NCBI RefSeq assembly: GCF_009914755.1 | Contig: NC_060935.1 | Reading direction: 5' to 3' (one strand) | From: the human T2T-CHM13v2.0 reference genome, Homo sapiens | DNA: 64,000 nt | Part shown: in pieces, positions 42,881 to 56,046 of the stretch | How the letters are laid out: every line of letters starts with the position of its first letter | Numbering within the stretch: position 1 is the first letter of the stretch | Made by a program: the position numbers and the translations under genes | Notes under the pieces: generated by a model | What the model was told of the DNA's origin: nothing | Database searches by the model: none | What the model saw: the letters and a program-made list of their open reading frames with translations, nothing else

Positions 42881-44538
42881 CTATCTGTTCACCTGCCCAG
42901 CATCATCTATTTCTTGTCTGTCCATCCACTTAATCTTCAGGAGCCCATTTTTTTGCCCCTCTACCCACCCACTGATGTACTGCGCATCCATCACTACCCC
43001 CAATTCCTAGTGTCAGACCTCAAGTTGCAGAAGGGACACAAAGCAAGGCTGGTATTGATTTTGGGTGAAGTGACAAAAGTCAAGCTGTTTAAAAATAAAT
43101 CCTTTCAGTCTTGGCTTTGCAACTGTTCAGCCAGAGACACCTGTTCTTCCTTTCCTTGGAGATAGAATGGTGTTTGGGTGGGGAAGCATGAGCTTTGGAG
43201 TCAGACCTCTGCCAGACTTGAATCATGGGTCTGCGGTTTATTAGCTGCATGAGCTTGGATGAGTTAACTGGCTTTTCTATGCCTCCTAGAGTGTGAACTG
43301 TATTACCAGCACCTCTTCGCTGAGTCACTGTAACAATGAAATGCATGCAATAAATAATATGTGTTACTGATATAATTAATGATCAGTTACAGAGACTGCA
43401 TTAATTATGTCTGATTGTACTGAGGGTGAGAGGTTTATTTAGCCTGTAATTAAGGAATGCCAAATTGATGAAAAACAATCTCTTTATACAATTTTTCATT
43501 TGTTCAGGCTTTCTTTTTTCTAAATAGCATATCCTCCACCCATTTTCAATCACACATTTCTTCTTTATTTGAGCAGCACTGATAACCCCTTTTAGATAAA
43601 AGGAAAACAAAACTCCCAGTGGAGATAAAGGAAGGGCCTTTTCCTTTGTCAGCTATCCTTGAGGGGAACACGCCGTGCTCCATGTTATTTTCCCATTGGA
43701 ATGTGAAAAAAGAGGTGTGAAATATTTGTTCGGATCATTTCTCATTAATGGGGCATTCCAGTAACCACAAGCGGTGTTGGCCCTTTCACCCAGGCACACC
43801 CAGGAGGGAGCGACTAGTCAGTCTGACTAATCTGTGTCTGTGGGAGTGAAAGAGTCCTTCTGGCTGAACTGGGACAAGGACAGTCATGTTTCACTGGTGC
43901 AGTGTGTCTGACCATGCCAACTGCTTGCCATAGTCACGATGTGGCAGAGCATAGCCTGGTCTGAGCCATGGCTGTTTCTGCTTCTTGCTTGGGTTCAGAG
44001 CCTGAACCCAAGGCTCTGGTGTGTTCCAGGCTCCTTGATACGTGTGGCTTTATTCCCTCTCTTGTGTGGGAGAAACAATATCCCATTTCAGAGGAGGAGA
44101 CTGAGGGTCAGAGTGGATGTGGGAAACTTACTCAATGTCACACCCAGTGGACACATTTCAAGTCTATCTGACACCAACATCCAGCTCTTGCTGCCACAAT
44201 CAGAAGTGCTGCCATTCACCTGGTCACCCACCCCCAGGTCCCTGGTGTGTTTCTGAGCTGGCATGTGTCTGAGAAGGATGCCTCCCATGCCCGCACACCC
44301 ATAATGTTTCCAAAATGTGATTATGGCTTAATGTGAGCTTCTCAGTTGAGACCCAGGCTCAGACCGGGTACCACTTCTGTCTCCTTTCAGTACAGAACTC
44401 CCGCCTGGCCTGCCCCTCTCTTCCAGAGCAACCAAATCCCAGTCTCTGGAGGCTTTTGATGCCAACAACTCTGTGTGAGTGACCTCTGGTCTTGTAGCAG
44501 AAGACAGACTCCTGGCAGGAGATTTGGATGACACTAGG

Positions 44539-45052
44539 TGTGGTAGCTGACTCAAAATGGCATCTACTGATCCTCACCTCTTGCTATTCACATCCTTGTG
44601 TAGCTTCCTCCCATCCTGAATAAGACTGAGCTTGTAACCGACAGGATATTGTGGAAAGGATGGAGTTTGACTCTCTAGGCCATATCATAAAAGGCCTGTG
44701 GCTTCTGTCTTTCTTTTTTCAATTATGATGTCCATCATGTTGTGAGGACCCTCAAGCAGCCCACTAGAAAAGTCCACGTAGCTAGGAACTGAGGTCTCCC
44801 ACCCACAGCTGTATGAGTGTGCCATCTTGGAAGTGGATCCCTTAGCCCCAGTTGAGCCATCAGATAAAACTGCAGCCCTGGCCAACTGAGAGTTGAGACT
44901 GTGACCTCCTGAGAGACCCTGAGCCGGAATCACCCGGCTAAGCCACTCCCAGATCCCTGGCCCACAGGAACTGCAAGAGGTAATTAATGTGTATGGCTTT
45001 CAGCTGCTGAGTTTGGGGTCATTTGGGATGAGCAACAGATCACCAATGTATG
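44539..45052 (+). mobile_element. MLT1F-like LTR
   Basis: tgtggtag... ggaactgaggtc, gccatcttggaagtggatcc, gctaagccactcccagat. Confidence 0.78.
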
Positions 45053-45536
45053 AGGTGGGAATCCTGCTCTTTGTCTTAGTAGTTGAGTAGCCTGGATCAG
45101 GTGACCCCCTGGGAGCCTCAGTTTCCTTCTCTGTTGGACAGGATAGTATTAATAATAGCTCCCTGAGAGAGCTGTGCTGAGAACTAAATGGTGTGTGCAT
45201 CAGGTGCCCTGCACTGAGCCTGGCTTCCTGAAGGCCACATGATTATGCTGCAATTATTTCTGTTGCAGCCACGTTTGCCTGTGTGGGCCCGGGCTTTCCT
45301 GCCTGGGCGTCCACACCCCACCAGCAGGACACTTTTTTACATGCCTCTCATGCCCTGATGTGCACACTCTCTCGCACATGCATGCCCACACACACACTCA
45401 CACAATCACACACACAACCTCATGCACTCACCCAGCCCAGGGCTCAGCACAGTGCTTAAGGGAGCACAGTGGGCTTTAGGTCACTGCTGTAGAACCAGTG
45501 AATGAAGTGAACAGTTTCTTTTTTTTTTTTCAATTA

Positions 45537-45838
<302 letters not shown>

Positions 45839-47592
45839 TTAATCATGGTAAAATACGCATAATATAATATTCACCATTTTAATCATTTATTAGTGTATGG
45901 TTCTGTGGCATTAAAGTACATTCACCCATCAGGATGCTTGTACAATCATCATTACCATTCATCTCTAGAACTTTCTCATCTTCCAAACTAGAACTCTACC
46001 CGTTAAACGTTAACTCCTTCTTCCTCCTTCCTTAGCCCCTGGCACCTCCCATTCTGCCTTCTGTCTCCATGAATCTGACCACTCCAGGGACCTCCTGTTA
46101 GCGGGATCCTGCAGTACCTGTCCTGCCGGGACTGGCTTATTCCTCTCAGCTCAACGTCATAGCGTGTGTTGGACTCTCCTTCCTTTCGAAGGCACAACCA
46201 CGTCCGTAGTGAATGGTGTGTCCCCCAGTGTTCCCTTCCCTCCCACTGTGAGATGTTTGAGGGCAGGTATGAACTCGTGTTTGTCTGTTTCCAGCCCCTG
46301 TCTTGGAACCCGGCTCTGAGTAAGCCTGATGCAAGATGTAGTTGTGGAAGAAATGATGCAAGTCCAGCCCCTGGGGTTTGTGTTCTGGTTCTGCCATTCC
46401 TTGGGTGGGGGGCCCAGGCAGGTGGCTTGTTCTCCTCCAGTCTCCGCTTCCTAGTCTATAACATCGGGATGGAGACCCATTCATGGGGCTGCCATAGGCT
46501 TCAAGCCTGGTGACCGTGCTCAGAAACAGTGGGATGCATGGGGGATGCAGAAGCTCCCTGGCTCGTCCCCTGGCTCCCTGGCTTGTCCCAAAGCAATGAC
46601 ACCTGTTTGTGTGACCCAAGCCTGACCCTGGTCTGCCACTCCGCAGGAGACTGGGGTGGTGGTGGTTGCCTTAGTTTCAACATGGCGGCACAGGATACTT
46701 TACCACTCATCCTCTGGGATAAGGATCCTGGGTCCCACATTCCTGGTACCTGGTAATTCCATCGATAAGCCCCTGGGGCCAAGCTGAGACGTCTTATGCC
46801 CAGGAATGCTGGGTGAAAACCACAGCCGGGGAAGATTTAGATCCAAATTCGCAAGGTGTAATTTCAGCTATGCGCTGATAACTTCTCTGGTGGCTACAGG
46901 CTCTGGAATTCCAACTATCTGCTGAGGCAAGGGCGAGGAAAGAGCACTGCAGTTGGAGTCAGGAGAGCCAGCTTTGTGCTCAGCCAAGACTGCGTGACCC
47001 CAGACAAGTCATCTGATGTGACAACATGGGCTGCAGGGGCAGAGGGCCTGGATTAAAATCTCACGTCTGCCACTGGCTACTTAGGTGGCCTTGGGGACCT
47101 TGCTGAGCTTCTCTGTGCCTCAGTTTCCCCATCTGGAAAATTGGGATAATGATGGTTTCCACCCTTTCCATGGAGCTAAGTACCCCTTGAGCTTTCGTGG
47201 CTTTATTCCTCTAATACATATAGAGATGGAGAATTTGTCTTTCCATGGTGGGGAGCTTCTTGAAAGGGTTCCTTCCAAATCTCCAGTAAGCCCAGTCCCC
47301 TGAGCTCCGGACAGCTGACCTCTACCTGCATCCTCACGTGGGTGGCTCGTGGGCACCACGCACCTGGCATTCCCCCCTTGGGCTCTTGGTTTCAGCTTCA
47401 CTGCCCCTCATTCCTGTCTTTGCTTCCCCCCTCAGCAAATGGCCATTGTCTACCCAGGTGCTCAGTCCAGGACCTCCCCACCCTCCTCTCCTGCACCCAC
47501 ACACATGGACCCAGTTCATCACCCAAGACCAGGGGTGGATCTTCCCTCTGAGGGGTCTCTCAAATCCTTCCACCTGACTTACTCAGATGATG

Positions 47593-47715
47593 GCATTTTA
47601 GTTAGGCCACCACCTGAGTGAGTCTTGGGAGGGACGAGTGCTGGGACACGAATCCTGTCTGGCGCAAGGCTCAGGGGCTTCTTCCTCAAGGAGGTGGGCA
47701 CGGCTCATGCTGAGC
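47593..47715 (+). repeat. Copy 1 of a ~124-bp dispersed direct duplication
   Basis: ~80% identical to 51102-51225 by manual alignment. Confidence 0.88.
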
Positions 47716-50700
47716 CTAGTGAGATTGCCCTGGAGGCCTGGGTGTTTCCCTGCCTCCATCCTCACCTGTTGTCGCCCATTCTGTACACGATGCCTTTTGA
47801 AGTCTTGAAATCGAGCCGCCACGGGGCCTCTCTGGACACACCTGCCCTGGCTGTCATGCACCAGCCTCGCTGCATCCCTCCTAGTGCCTCCAATGACTCA
47901 GGTCCTGCTGGCCCCAGGGCCTTTGTATGTGCTGTTCGTCCTGCTGGGAGTGGCTTTGCCTCCATCCCACACTGTGGGCTCCTTCTCAATCTCAGGGTTT
48001 CCCCAGAGAGCCTCTGCACTGCTTTTCCCGGGCAGATGAGGGGCTCTGTTCCTGCCCCTCGCTGGCCGTTCCCCTCACTGACACACTTTGTCATTGTTGA
48101 TTTGCTTCCCCACCTGTTCAGAGTCTGCCTCTCCCACTAGAATAAGCTCCACGAGGGCAGGGACTGTGTCCTTTGGGGTCAGCGGTGGCTCCCATGGTGG
48201 TGCTGAATGGACGCTTGTTGGGTGAATGAGTGAATGAGTGAATGGCTAAGAATGATGACCCTGGGCTGCAGGGAACAAAGTTTCTCCAGCTGGAGTCCAG
48301 TCACTGCCTCAGCAGTCTCCACAGATGCCCGTGTCCACCCTGGACCTGAGGAAGTGGCCGCGGTGTTCACCGCTGGACCGGGATGACGGAAGGCCTGTGT
48401 CAGGGTTGGGGCCAGGGCTGCCATCTTTTCTCTTCTGGTTTCCCCACGAGGCTCTGCAGTGAGCCTGGAGGAGCTCTTTGTGGGCCTCTGCAATCATGGA
48501 CACACATTCACCCCCACCTGTCCCTGCCCTGAGGCCCTGCCTCAGTCTGGCCTAGCAGGAGTCCTCCGTGCTCCTGACTGACCGCTCCGTCAGACGCCTG
48601 GGGCAACAACGTTTATTCTGGGAGCGAGACGACCCTGCAGCTGCCCCTCAGCCTGAGCCAGAGCTTCAGGGGACAGTGGATGGGGCCTCCCCAGCTCACA
48701 GGGGGTCTTGCTGGGGGTCTGCAGGGCTGTTCCTATAGGCCCATTCCTGTCAAATCTGACCATGTCACTCTCAGCCGAAAACACTCAGTGGCTCCCACAG
48801 CCCTCCTGATGAAGTCATTGCTGCTCGCCATAGCCTTCCAGAAACTTCTTGGCTCCCCCCACCCCATTCTCCAACCTCACCTCTTTGCATCCCTCCATCC
48901 CTCGCCCCTCATAGTCCAGGGATCCTGAACACCTGTGCTTCCCCAAACCTCTCCCGCTTCCAGGCCTCTGCACACGCAGCTCCCTCTGCTTCTCCAGCCC
49001 TTCAGAAATGGGCCAGTGACAGAGCTCTGTGCTTCCCACACCGTCGCCTCTTCCGGGGTTCAGAGGATTCAAGGCCCCACTTCCCAGTCTCCTCGAGACC
49101 ATGGAACTCGATGCCTGTACATCGCGCCCAGCCTGCGGCGGCTGGAACCAAATGTGAGTGCTCTGCATTCCTTCCCACGGCTGGAGGCGGCCCAGATCCT
49201 CGAGCCAATGCTGAGGGGACACCCATCAAGGATGGCCTCTGTGACAGCGTGACGAGAGTGGGGATGGGCCTTTGCAGCGTGAAGGTTCTGAGATCTGCGG
49301 GCCTGTCTGTTGCCTGAGCACAGCCGAGCTCATCCAGGCTCACTCAACGTCCTGCTCTAGAGAGACCTTTCCCTGGGGAGTTTGCTGGCCCTGCCTGGGT
49401 GGCATCAGGTGCCCCCCTGGGCTTCCCCAGCTCTTGGCCTTTGCCACCATGGCCCACTTTGCTAGCATCACCCTCTCAGGGGACAACCTCCTGGCCTGGC
49501 TGGTGGAGCCCTGGGGGCGAGCCCCGTGCCCACCCTGCTTGCGCCTCCAGCTCCGGGGCCCTTCTCGAGACTGGCCCTCCTGGGGCTCATGCCCCGCCTG
49601 CTGAGCCTGCTGAGAGACTGCCCTCAGCAGGCCCCCTCCCCGATGCCCGCGTGCACATTCTTCCTTCCAGAGGAATGTCCCGGGCCCAGGTTCCCACAGA
49701 GGTGCCTGAACTGAGGGGAGTGACTCTCTGGACCCTGGCAGTTGTTCTGCTGCAGAAAAAGCCATTCTTTTGAACTCTGCTGAGTGAGCTCACAAACAGG
49801 GCATAACCGAGACGCGGGAATGCCTGGGTCGCCGCGCAGTCACCGGGCAGGGCCGCCCTCCCCTGTGGGTCAGCAAAAACGGTGTCAAGTGAAACCCATT
49901 CTAATTAAAGGGAACATTAAGCAGGGGCCTTTTAAACATGGCCATTTCCGAAAGTTCTCTCTTGATACCAATTAATTCCCAGAGGAAGGAGTGGAGGCGA
50001 GGGTGGGGGGAGGGAGCTGAAAGCCCTGGGAGAGCCTAGTCCCCCACCTCCAAATGCTCACTCTGCATTTATCTAGAAATCCATCTCAGCAGTCATTTAA
50101 AGACCCCAGGAAAACTTCTCCAGGCCCTAGCTCTTCAACCGTTTAATGAACAATGCCCCACGCCACCACCCTCCCCCGACTTCCTGGGAAAAGAGATGAA
50201 AACCAGAGGGGCCAAAAACGTTGCTGCGATGTGAACTGGCTGAGAGATGGTACCGGGGAGGATTGGTCAAGAGGTGGCTGGGTCACATAGATGTTCCTCC
50301 GACATCGGTGGAGCGACTTTTGTGTGCCAGGTACTGGCACCCACCTGGTCAGCCCACCAGGGTCTGACCCTCCTCTCTGCCCTCTTGGCTGAGATAGCTG
50401 GAAAACTGTAGTAACTACCACCATGTGCACCATGTACGTCACTGTGCTTCAGATGATAAATCATGCACCTAACCTTGCTCTGCCTCCATTTCTATGTGTG
50501 TGTGATAGACAAAGACAGAGAGAGGATGACAGCTGTCTCATCCTCCCTTTGTGCTAGTTACCACAATTTTCCAACTCTCTTGGCCAAAAGTAGCCAGAGA
50601 GCAGAAAGGAGGGTTGGACTCCGGTGGGCTTCACGTAGGCTTCATGATAAGGTGAGGTGTTCATCTAATTCAGAAGAGTGATTCAGACCCCAAACACCCT

Positions 50701-51101
50701 GAATCCATCAGTTGCCTGAGCATTAAAGTGAGGATTCTGCAATCAATTAGTTATGTCTGCCACGAGAACAGCATGGCACAACCAATACATAGCCTGTGTG
50801 CCGGGCCTGAGCAGGTGCTGCTCTAAAATTGAAACTGAAGTGGTGTTTGAGGAAAAATTATGAAAGCAACTGGACAAAGCCATTGAACTTTCTTATCTCA
50901 AGGGCCTGGAGTAGCTTGTGACATGTCCTGAGATAAGAACCCACACTATCCCCACCCATTGCCCGGGTCACCCGATGGCCTCAGACACCTGTGAAAGCTA
51001 AACCCAGACCTGTGAACCACACCCTCTAGCTTTATGGTGCCGCTCCCAGCCTCCAGCCTCTCCCTTGGGCCCCATGTAGCTGCCGGCTCACTGTCTATAG
51101 T

Positions 51102-51225
51102 GCACTTCAGTTAAGCCATCGTCTGAGTAAGTCTTGGAAGGGACCAAAGTTGGGACACGAATCTTGTCCGGAAGCAAGGTCCAGGGGCTTCTGACCCAGG
51201 GAGGTGGGCATGACTCATGCTGAGC
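51102..51225 (+). repeat. Copy 2 of the ~124-bp duplication, with AP-1 TGACTCA at 51211
   Basis: Shares tgggacacgaatc, caggggcttct, ggaggtgggca and ctcatgctgagc with copy 1. Confidence 0.88.
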
Positions 51226-52371
51226 AGCCGAAGCTCCCTGACTTGCCGTGTCTGCTCCGGCCTCTGCATCCACCTGTTGCCTCTGCCTGGGCTGCTTCCT
51301 CTTGCCTGCGCAGCCTGGAAAGCTTCTGCTAGCTCTGCAGCACTGACAGCAAAGCCCCCCGCCCTCCCTGGCCCAGCTCCTCCGAGCTCCGGCAGCGTCT
51401 CGGACAGCCCCATGCTTTGCACTGAGAAAGCCCCATGCTTTGCATTGAGATGTTTACTGTGTTGTAAACCACCTGTATGCAAAGAATCTCTCTCCTTTGC
51501 TCCATTCCTGGGGCCCATCACAGAACGACTGAGTTTCACCTTTGTGCCCATCCCCTGCCAGCCATTGTCTCTGAGTCTCTCTCCCAGAATGCATGGAAAC
51601 AGGGATTTGGTTCCTTTTTGTTTCTGACAGTGCTGGCACAGGGCCAGGTGTCCAGTTCACCCTCAGTCCCGACTCACAGAAGCAAGACCCTCTTGGTTTC
51701 TAAAATGCACCTTTTACAATTGTTGAAGGAATGCCTTCTTCAACCCCTCTGCAAGGCTCTGGAGGACCTTGGTAGGTGGCTCTACCAGTGTGAATGGACA
51801 GGGTCCCTCTCTGCCCCAGGAGCAGCAGGGGCCTCCAGCCAGCCTTCTGTGTTGCTCCTTGCGGGAGAAATTCCTACTTGGGGTGCCAGCCAGCAAGGCA
51901 GAGAGGCAGGTACCTATTTCAGTGCTATAGGGCTTGGCCTGGACACCCTCTGTCATGTGTGTGATAATCATAACACAATGTCGAGATCAGCATCTGATCA
52001 CCACCCAGGGCTTCTTAAACACGTACTCTGTGCCAGGCACTGAGCTACGCACTTTTTAATGAATCACTTAGTTCACTCTCTCACTCACAACTTGCTGGCA
52101 TCCATCTTGCTTTACTGTTGGGGAACGGGAGGCCCAGAGAGGTGGTGCAAGGCAGTGATTTGAACCAAGGCCTCCCTCTTGCTCTCCACAGCTCATGCTC
52201 TCACTGTGGCACCTGCTAATTCTGCAGCACCCAAGCAGGTCTGGGTGGAGAGGCAACCGGCTCCCCTGCCCCCATCCCAGGAGGAACCCAAGCCTCAGGA
52301 ACCTCCTGAGGAAAGGCCCCACTGGCCATGACCTTCAAAGATCCCCCGGAGACCACCTGCAGGCATACCCG

Positions 52372-52980
52372 TATTAGTTATCTATCGGCATAACAAATCG
52401 CCACCAACTCAATAGCTTACCACAACCCCAGTTGCAAGTTCAAAGTGCTGCAGGTCAGACATCCAGGCACTGCTTTGTGGGTCTTCTGCTCGTGGTCTCA
52501 CGTGGTGAAAATCAGGGTGTCAGGCAGACTGGGCTCCTTCTGGGGGATCTGGGGAGGAGTCTGCATCCACGCTTATCCGGGTTGTTGGCCGAATGCAGTT
52601 GCTTGCAGGTGCAGCTGTAGGATTGACGTCCCTGTTTCCTGCTGACTGTTGGCTGGGGCCACTCTCAGCTCCCTTGGCTGCCCACATTCCTTGCCATGTG
52701 GTCCCCTTCATTTTCCAAATCAGCAGTGGTTCTCATCGTCCAATTCCCGACTTCCACTTTGAGGACCAGATGGAGAAAACACCCTACTTGTAAAAGGCTC
52801 ATGTGATGAGGTCAGGCCCATTAGGTTAGTGTCCCTTTCTCAAAATGAACAAGTCAACAGTGCCATCAAACACAATCCTATCATAGAGTGTTCATCATAT
52901 TCACAGGGGCAGGGACTATGTAGGGCATGTATACCAGAGGTGTGGGTCTGGGGACCATCATAGAATTCTGCCTCCCACAA
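52372..52980 (-). mobile_element. MLT1 LTR (antisense)
   Basis: gtattagttatctat...ggcagactgggctccttctgg...agaattctgcctcccaca. Confidence 0.7.
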
Positions 52981-53854
52981 TTTTAAAAATTAATTCAGCA
53001 TCAGTTCTTACTTTTCCCAAGAAGATCGCACCATATTGGGCTGGGGTGGGGCATGGAGAGGGCCACTGGCTTCACATAGCCTTGGTTCAGAATCCTGGCT
53101 CTGATCTCCAACGGCTTATGGCCTTGAAGAGGCAGCATGACTGTTCTGGGCCTCAGTTTACTCATCTGTAAAATGGAGTGAGGGCCACTGGCAGGGCAGC
53201 TGGAAGGTTAAATGGGATCATGCAGGTAGAAATTTTGGTAGAACCTGACCCTTGGGGCCTGGGCAATAGATGATGCAGCTGTGCATGGTTTTTTAGAACA
53301 ACCCAGGCTTCTGTTTTGTTTGAAGTAGGGTGGGACCAATGAAAAGCATGTTTTTAGGCTCAAACACATCTGAGTCCACATCAGGAATCTTTCAGAGTCC
53401 AACTGTGGCCAGCGAGGCCCTGAGTACTGGACAGGAGACATGCCTTGTGCTGACCAGTGCCCACATGCTGGTGGCTGCAACCTGGGCTGGCTGCTCACCA
53501 GTTGCTCACAGGCAGAAGGGTCAGGGCCAAGCCTGATCCCTCAGAGCAGGAGAGTTGGGCATGGAGTTGTGGCAGGTGGAACATCATATGCCCACGCCAT
53601 TGGAGCTGTGGTCCCTCCTTGGCAGTGCTCTGAGGGAAACTGGCATCCCTGTGCCCCTCCCTTTAGAGTCTTTGGCTTCCTCATTGTGTCTTACTGCGAA
53701 AGAGCAGTCAGACTGATATGGATGATGGGAGGAGCTGCCCTTTGGCTCAGAGGAGGAGTGTCAGAGAAGGGGTCACAAAGACAGCTCTGTAGGCTGAGCC
53801 AAAAGCAGTATAGGGTAATGTTAGGAGCAGGTCTTGGTGCAACTGCCTGGGTGC

Positions 53855-54020
53855 CCCTAGGTTCCACTGCTAACTTGCTATGTGACTGAGCCACTGTACA
53901 CTTTAGTTTCCTCCTCTGTAAAATGGGGATAACAGTAGTCCTAGCCATAAAGTTGTCATGAGGATTAAATGAAATAGTGTGGGAAAACTACTGACATGTG
54001 GTGCATGTTCAGTACAAGTT
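53855..54020 (+). mobile_element. MIR
   Basis: agtttcctcctctgtaaaatggggataac...gaggattaaatga. Confidence 0.8.
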
Positions 54021-55155
54021 ATCCTCACCATTATCATCATCACCACCATCATCATCATCATCACCAGCATCATCATCATTACCGTCATCACCATTACCAT
54101 CATCACCATCATCATCATTACCATCATCACCATCATCACCATCACCATCACCATCATTATCACCACCATCATCACCATCACCATCATTATCACCACCATC
54201 ATCACCATCATCACCAACATTATCATCAAACCACCATCATCACCATCATTACCACCACCATCATCATCATTATCATCTTCACCATCATGATCACCATCAT
54301 CATAACCACCATCATCACCATCATCACCACCACCATCATCACCATTATCATCCTCACCATGTTCACCATCATCATCATCACTATCACCACCACCACCATC
54401 ATCACCATTATCATCCTCACCATCATCACCACCATCATCACCACTTTCATCACCATCACCGTCATCACCATCATTATCACCACCATCATCACCATCACCG
54501 TCATCACCATCATCACCACCATCATCATCACCATTATCATCCTTACCATCATCACCATCACCATCACCACCATCATCACCATTATCATCACCATCATCAT
54601 CACCATCATCACCATCATCATCACCATTATCATCACAACCATCATCACCATCACTATCATCATCACCATCATCATTATCACTACCATCATCATTATCACC
54701 CCCACCACCATCATCACCATCATCATCACCACCATCATCATTATCACCACCCACCATCATCACCATCATCATCATCAACACCATCATCATCATTGTTATC
54801 ATCATCATTACCACCATCATCACTACCATCATCACCATCATCACTACCATCATCACCATCATCATCATCACCACCATCATTCTCATCACCACTATCATCC
54901 TCATCCTCCTCCTCATCATTATCACCATCATCATCACCATCATAATCATATAATCATCATCATCATTACCATCACCACCATTACCCATCATCATCTCATT
55001 ATCACTTTCACCTTCATCACTATTACTATCATCATCATCATCATTACCATTTCCTTTCCATCATCACCATCACTATCATGATTACCATCATCAACGCCAT
55101 CATTATCACCATCATCACTATCATCACCATCACCATCACCATCACCAACTCATCA
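54021..55155. repeat. (CAT/CAC/TAT)n trinucleotide tract, ~1.1 kb
   Basis: Read directly; begins at the MIR 3' tail. Confidence 0.97.
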
Positions 55156-55613
55156 TGATTTAACAGGTGGGCTGGCAATCTGAATGTTGAAGACAGAGGG
55201 AGAAAATCAACCTGGGGCAGTCAGATTTCTACAGTCCTGCCCAGCAGGACCCAGGTGGGCTACTGGGAGTCCCAGAAGCAGATATCAGCCCAAAAGATGA
55301 GCTTTGATAATTAGAGTGAGGCTATGGTGAGACTGAGTGACACTGCGGGGTGCCAAAATAATCTAGGGTTGTTGGAATGCTGACAGCAGACAAAAGTAAG
55401 ATAAGGTATCTCCTGACACCACCTCCTTCCATCTGCTCTCAGACGGGGCTCTTTGGAGAGGATCTGCCAGGAAGAACTGAGGTCTTATGCCACCTCCACC
55501 TCTACGTAACCTCAAACAGGCGTCATCTTGTCTCCTGGCCTCAGTTTCCTCATCTGTAAAACGGGGACACATCAGGATCTGCCCTCAGCAAGTTGCTGAG
55601 TGCCTGCCCTGAG

Positions 55614-55632
55614 CAGCCGGTAGGTGGCGCTG
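55614..55632 (+). promoter_or_regulatory. Candidate CTCF site ~1.7 kb upstream of MYEOV
   Basis: CAGCCGGTAGGTGGCGCTG closely fits the CCASYAGRKGGCRSY consensus. Confidence 0.55.
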
Positions 55633-55849
55633 ATGGGCTGGTGGTTGGGTTGGGGGAGGCTCGCATAGGGTCTCTGGAGGTCCCAGTAGGGCACTGGGGA
55701 GACCTCCCCTGATTCCCTGGAGGCAGAGCAGAGCTCTTGTCTTTGCAGGAGCTGCAGATTCTGCCTTGGGTATCTTAGAAGCTTTGTACAGGCATCTCCA
55801 GCTCAGTGGGAACCAAATGCCATCCTATCTCCCCACCTCACTGGTGTCA

Positions 55850-56046
55850 CCATCTTCCTGGGAGCTGTCTGGATAACCCTCTCCCTGGCCCTCACCTTTA
55901 ATTTGTCCCTGAGTCCCATCAGGGTCACCCTCCATCCCACTGCCATCTTCCTGGGAGCTGTCTGGATAACCCTCTCCCTGGCCCTCACCTTTAATTTGTC
56001 CCTGAGTCCTATCAATCAGGGTCACCCTCCATCCCACCACCATCTC
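55850..56046. repeat. 93-bp tandem duplication (2 near-identical copies)
   Basis: ccatcttcctgggagctgtctggataaccc... at 55850 and 55943; copy 2 has a 4-nt insertion. Confidence 0.95.

Noticed and set aside
41642-43165. 507-aa ORF and overlapping His/Pro-rich ORFs
   Set aside because: They arise from a G-poor minisatellite that rarely forms stops; several frames are open and there is no gene structure.
53903-55081. Poly-His, poly-Met/Val/Asp and Ser/Pro ORFs of 300+ aa
   Set aside because: Translations of a (CAT)n tract on both strands.
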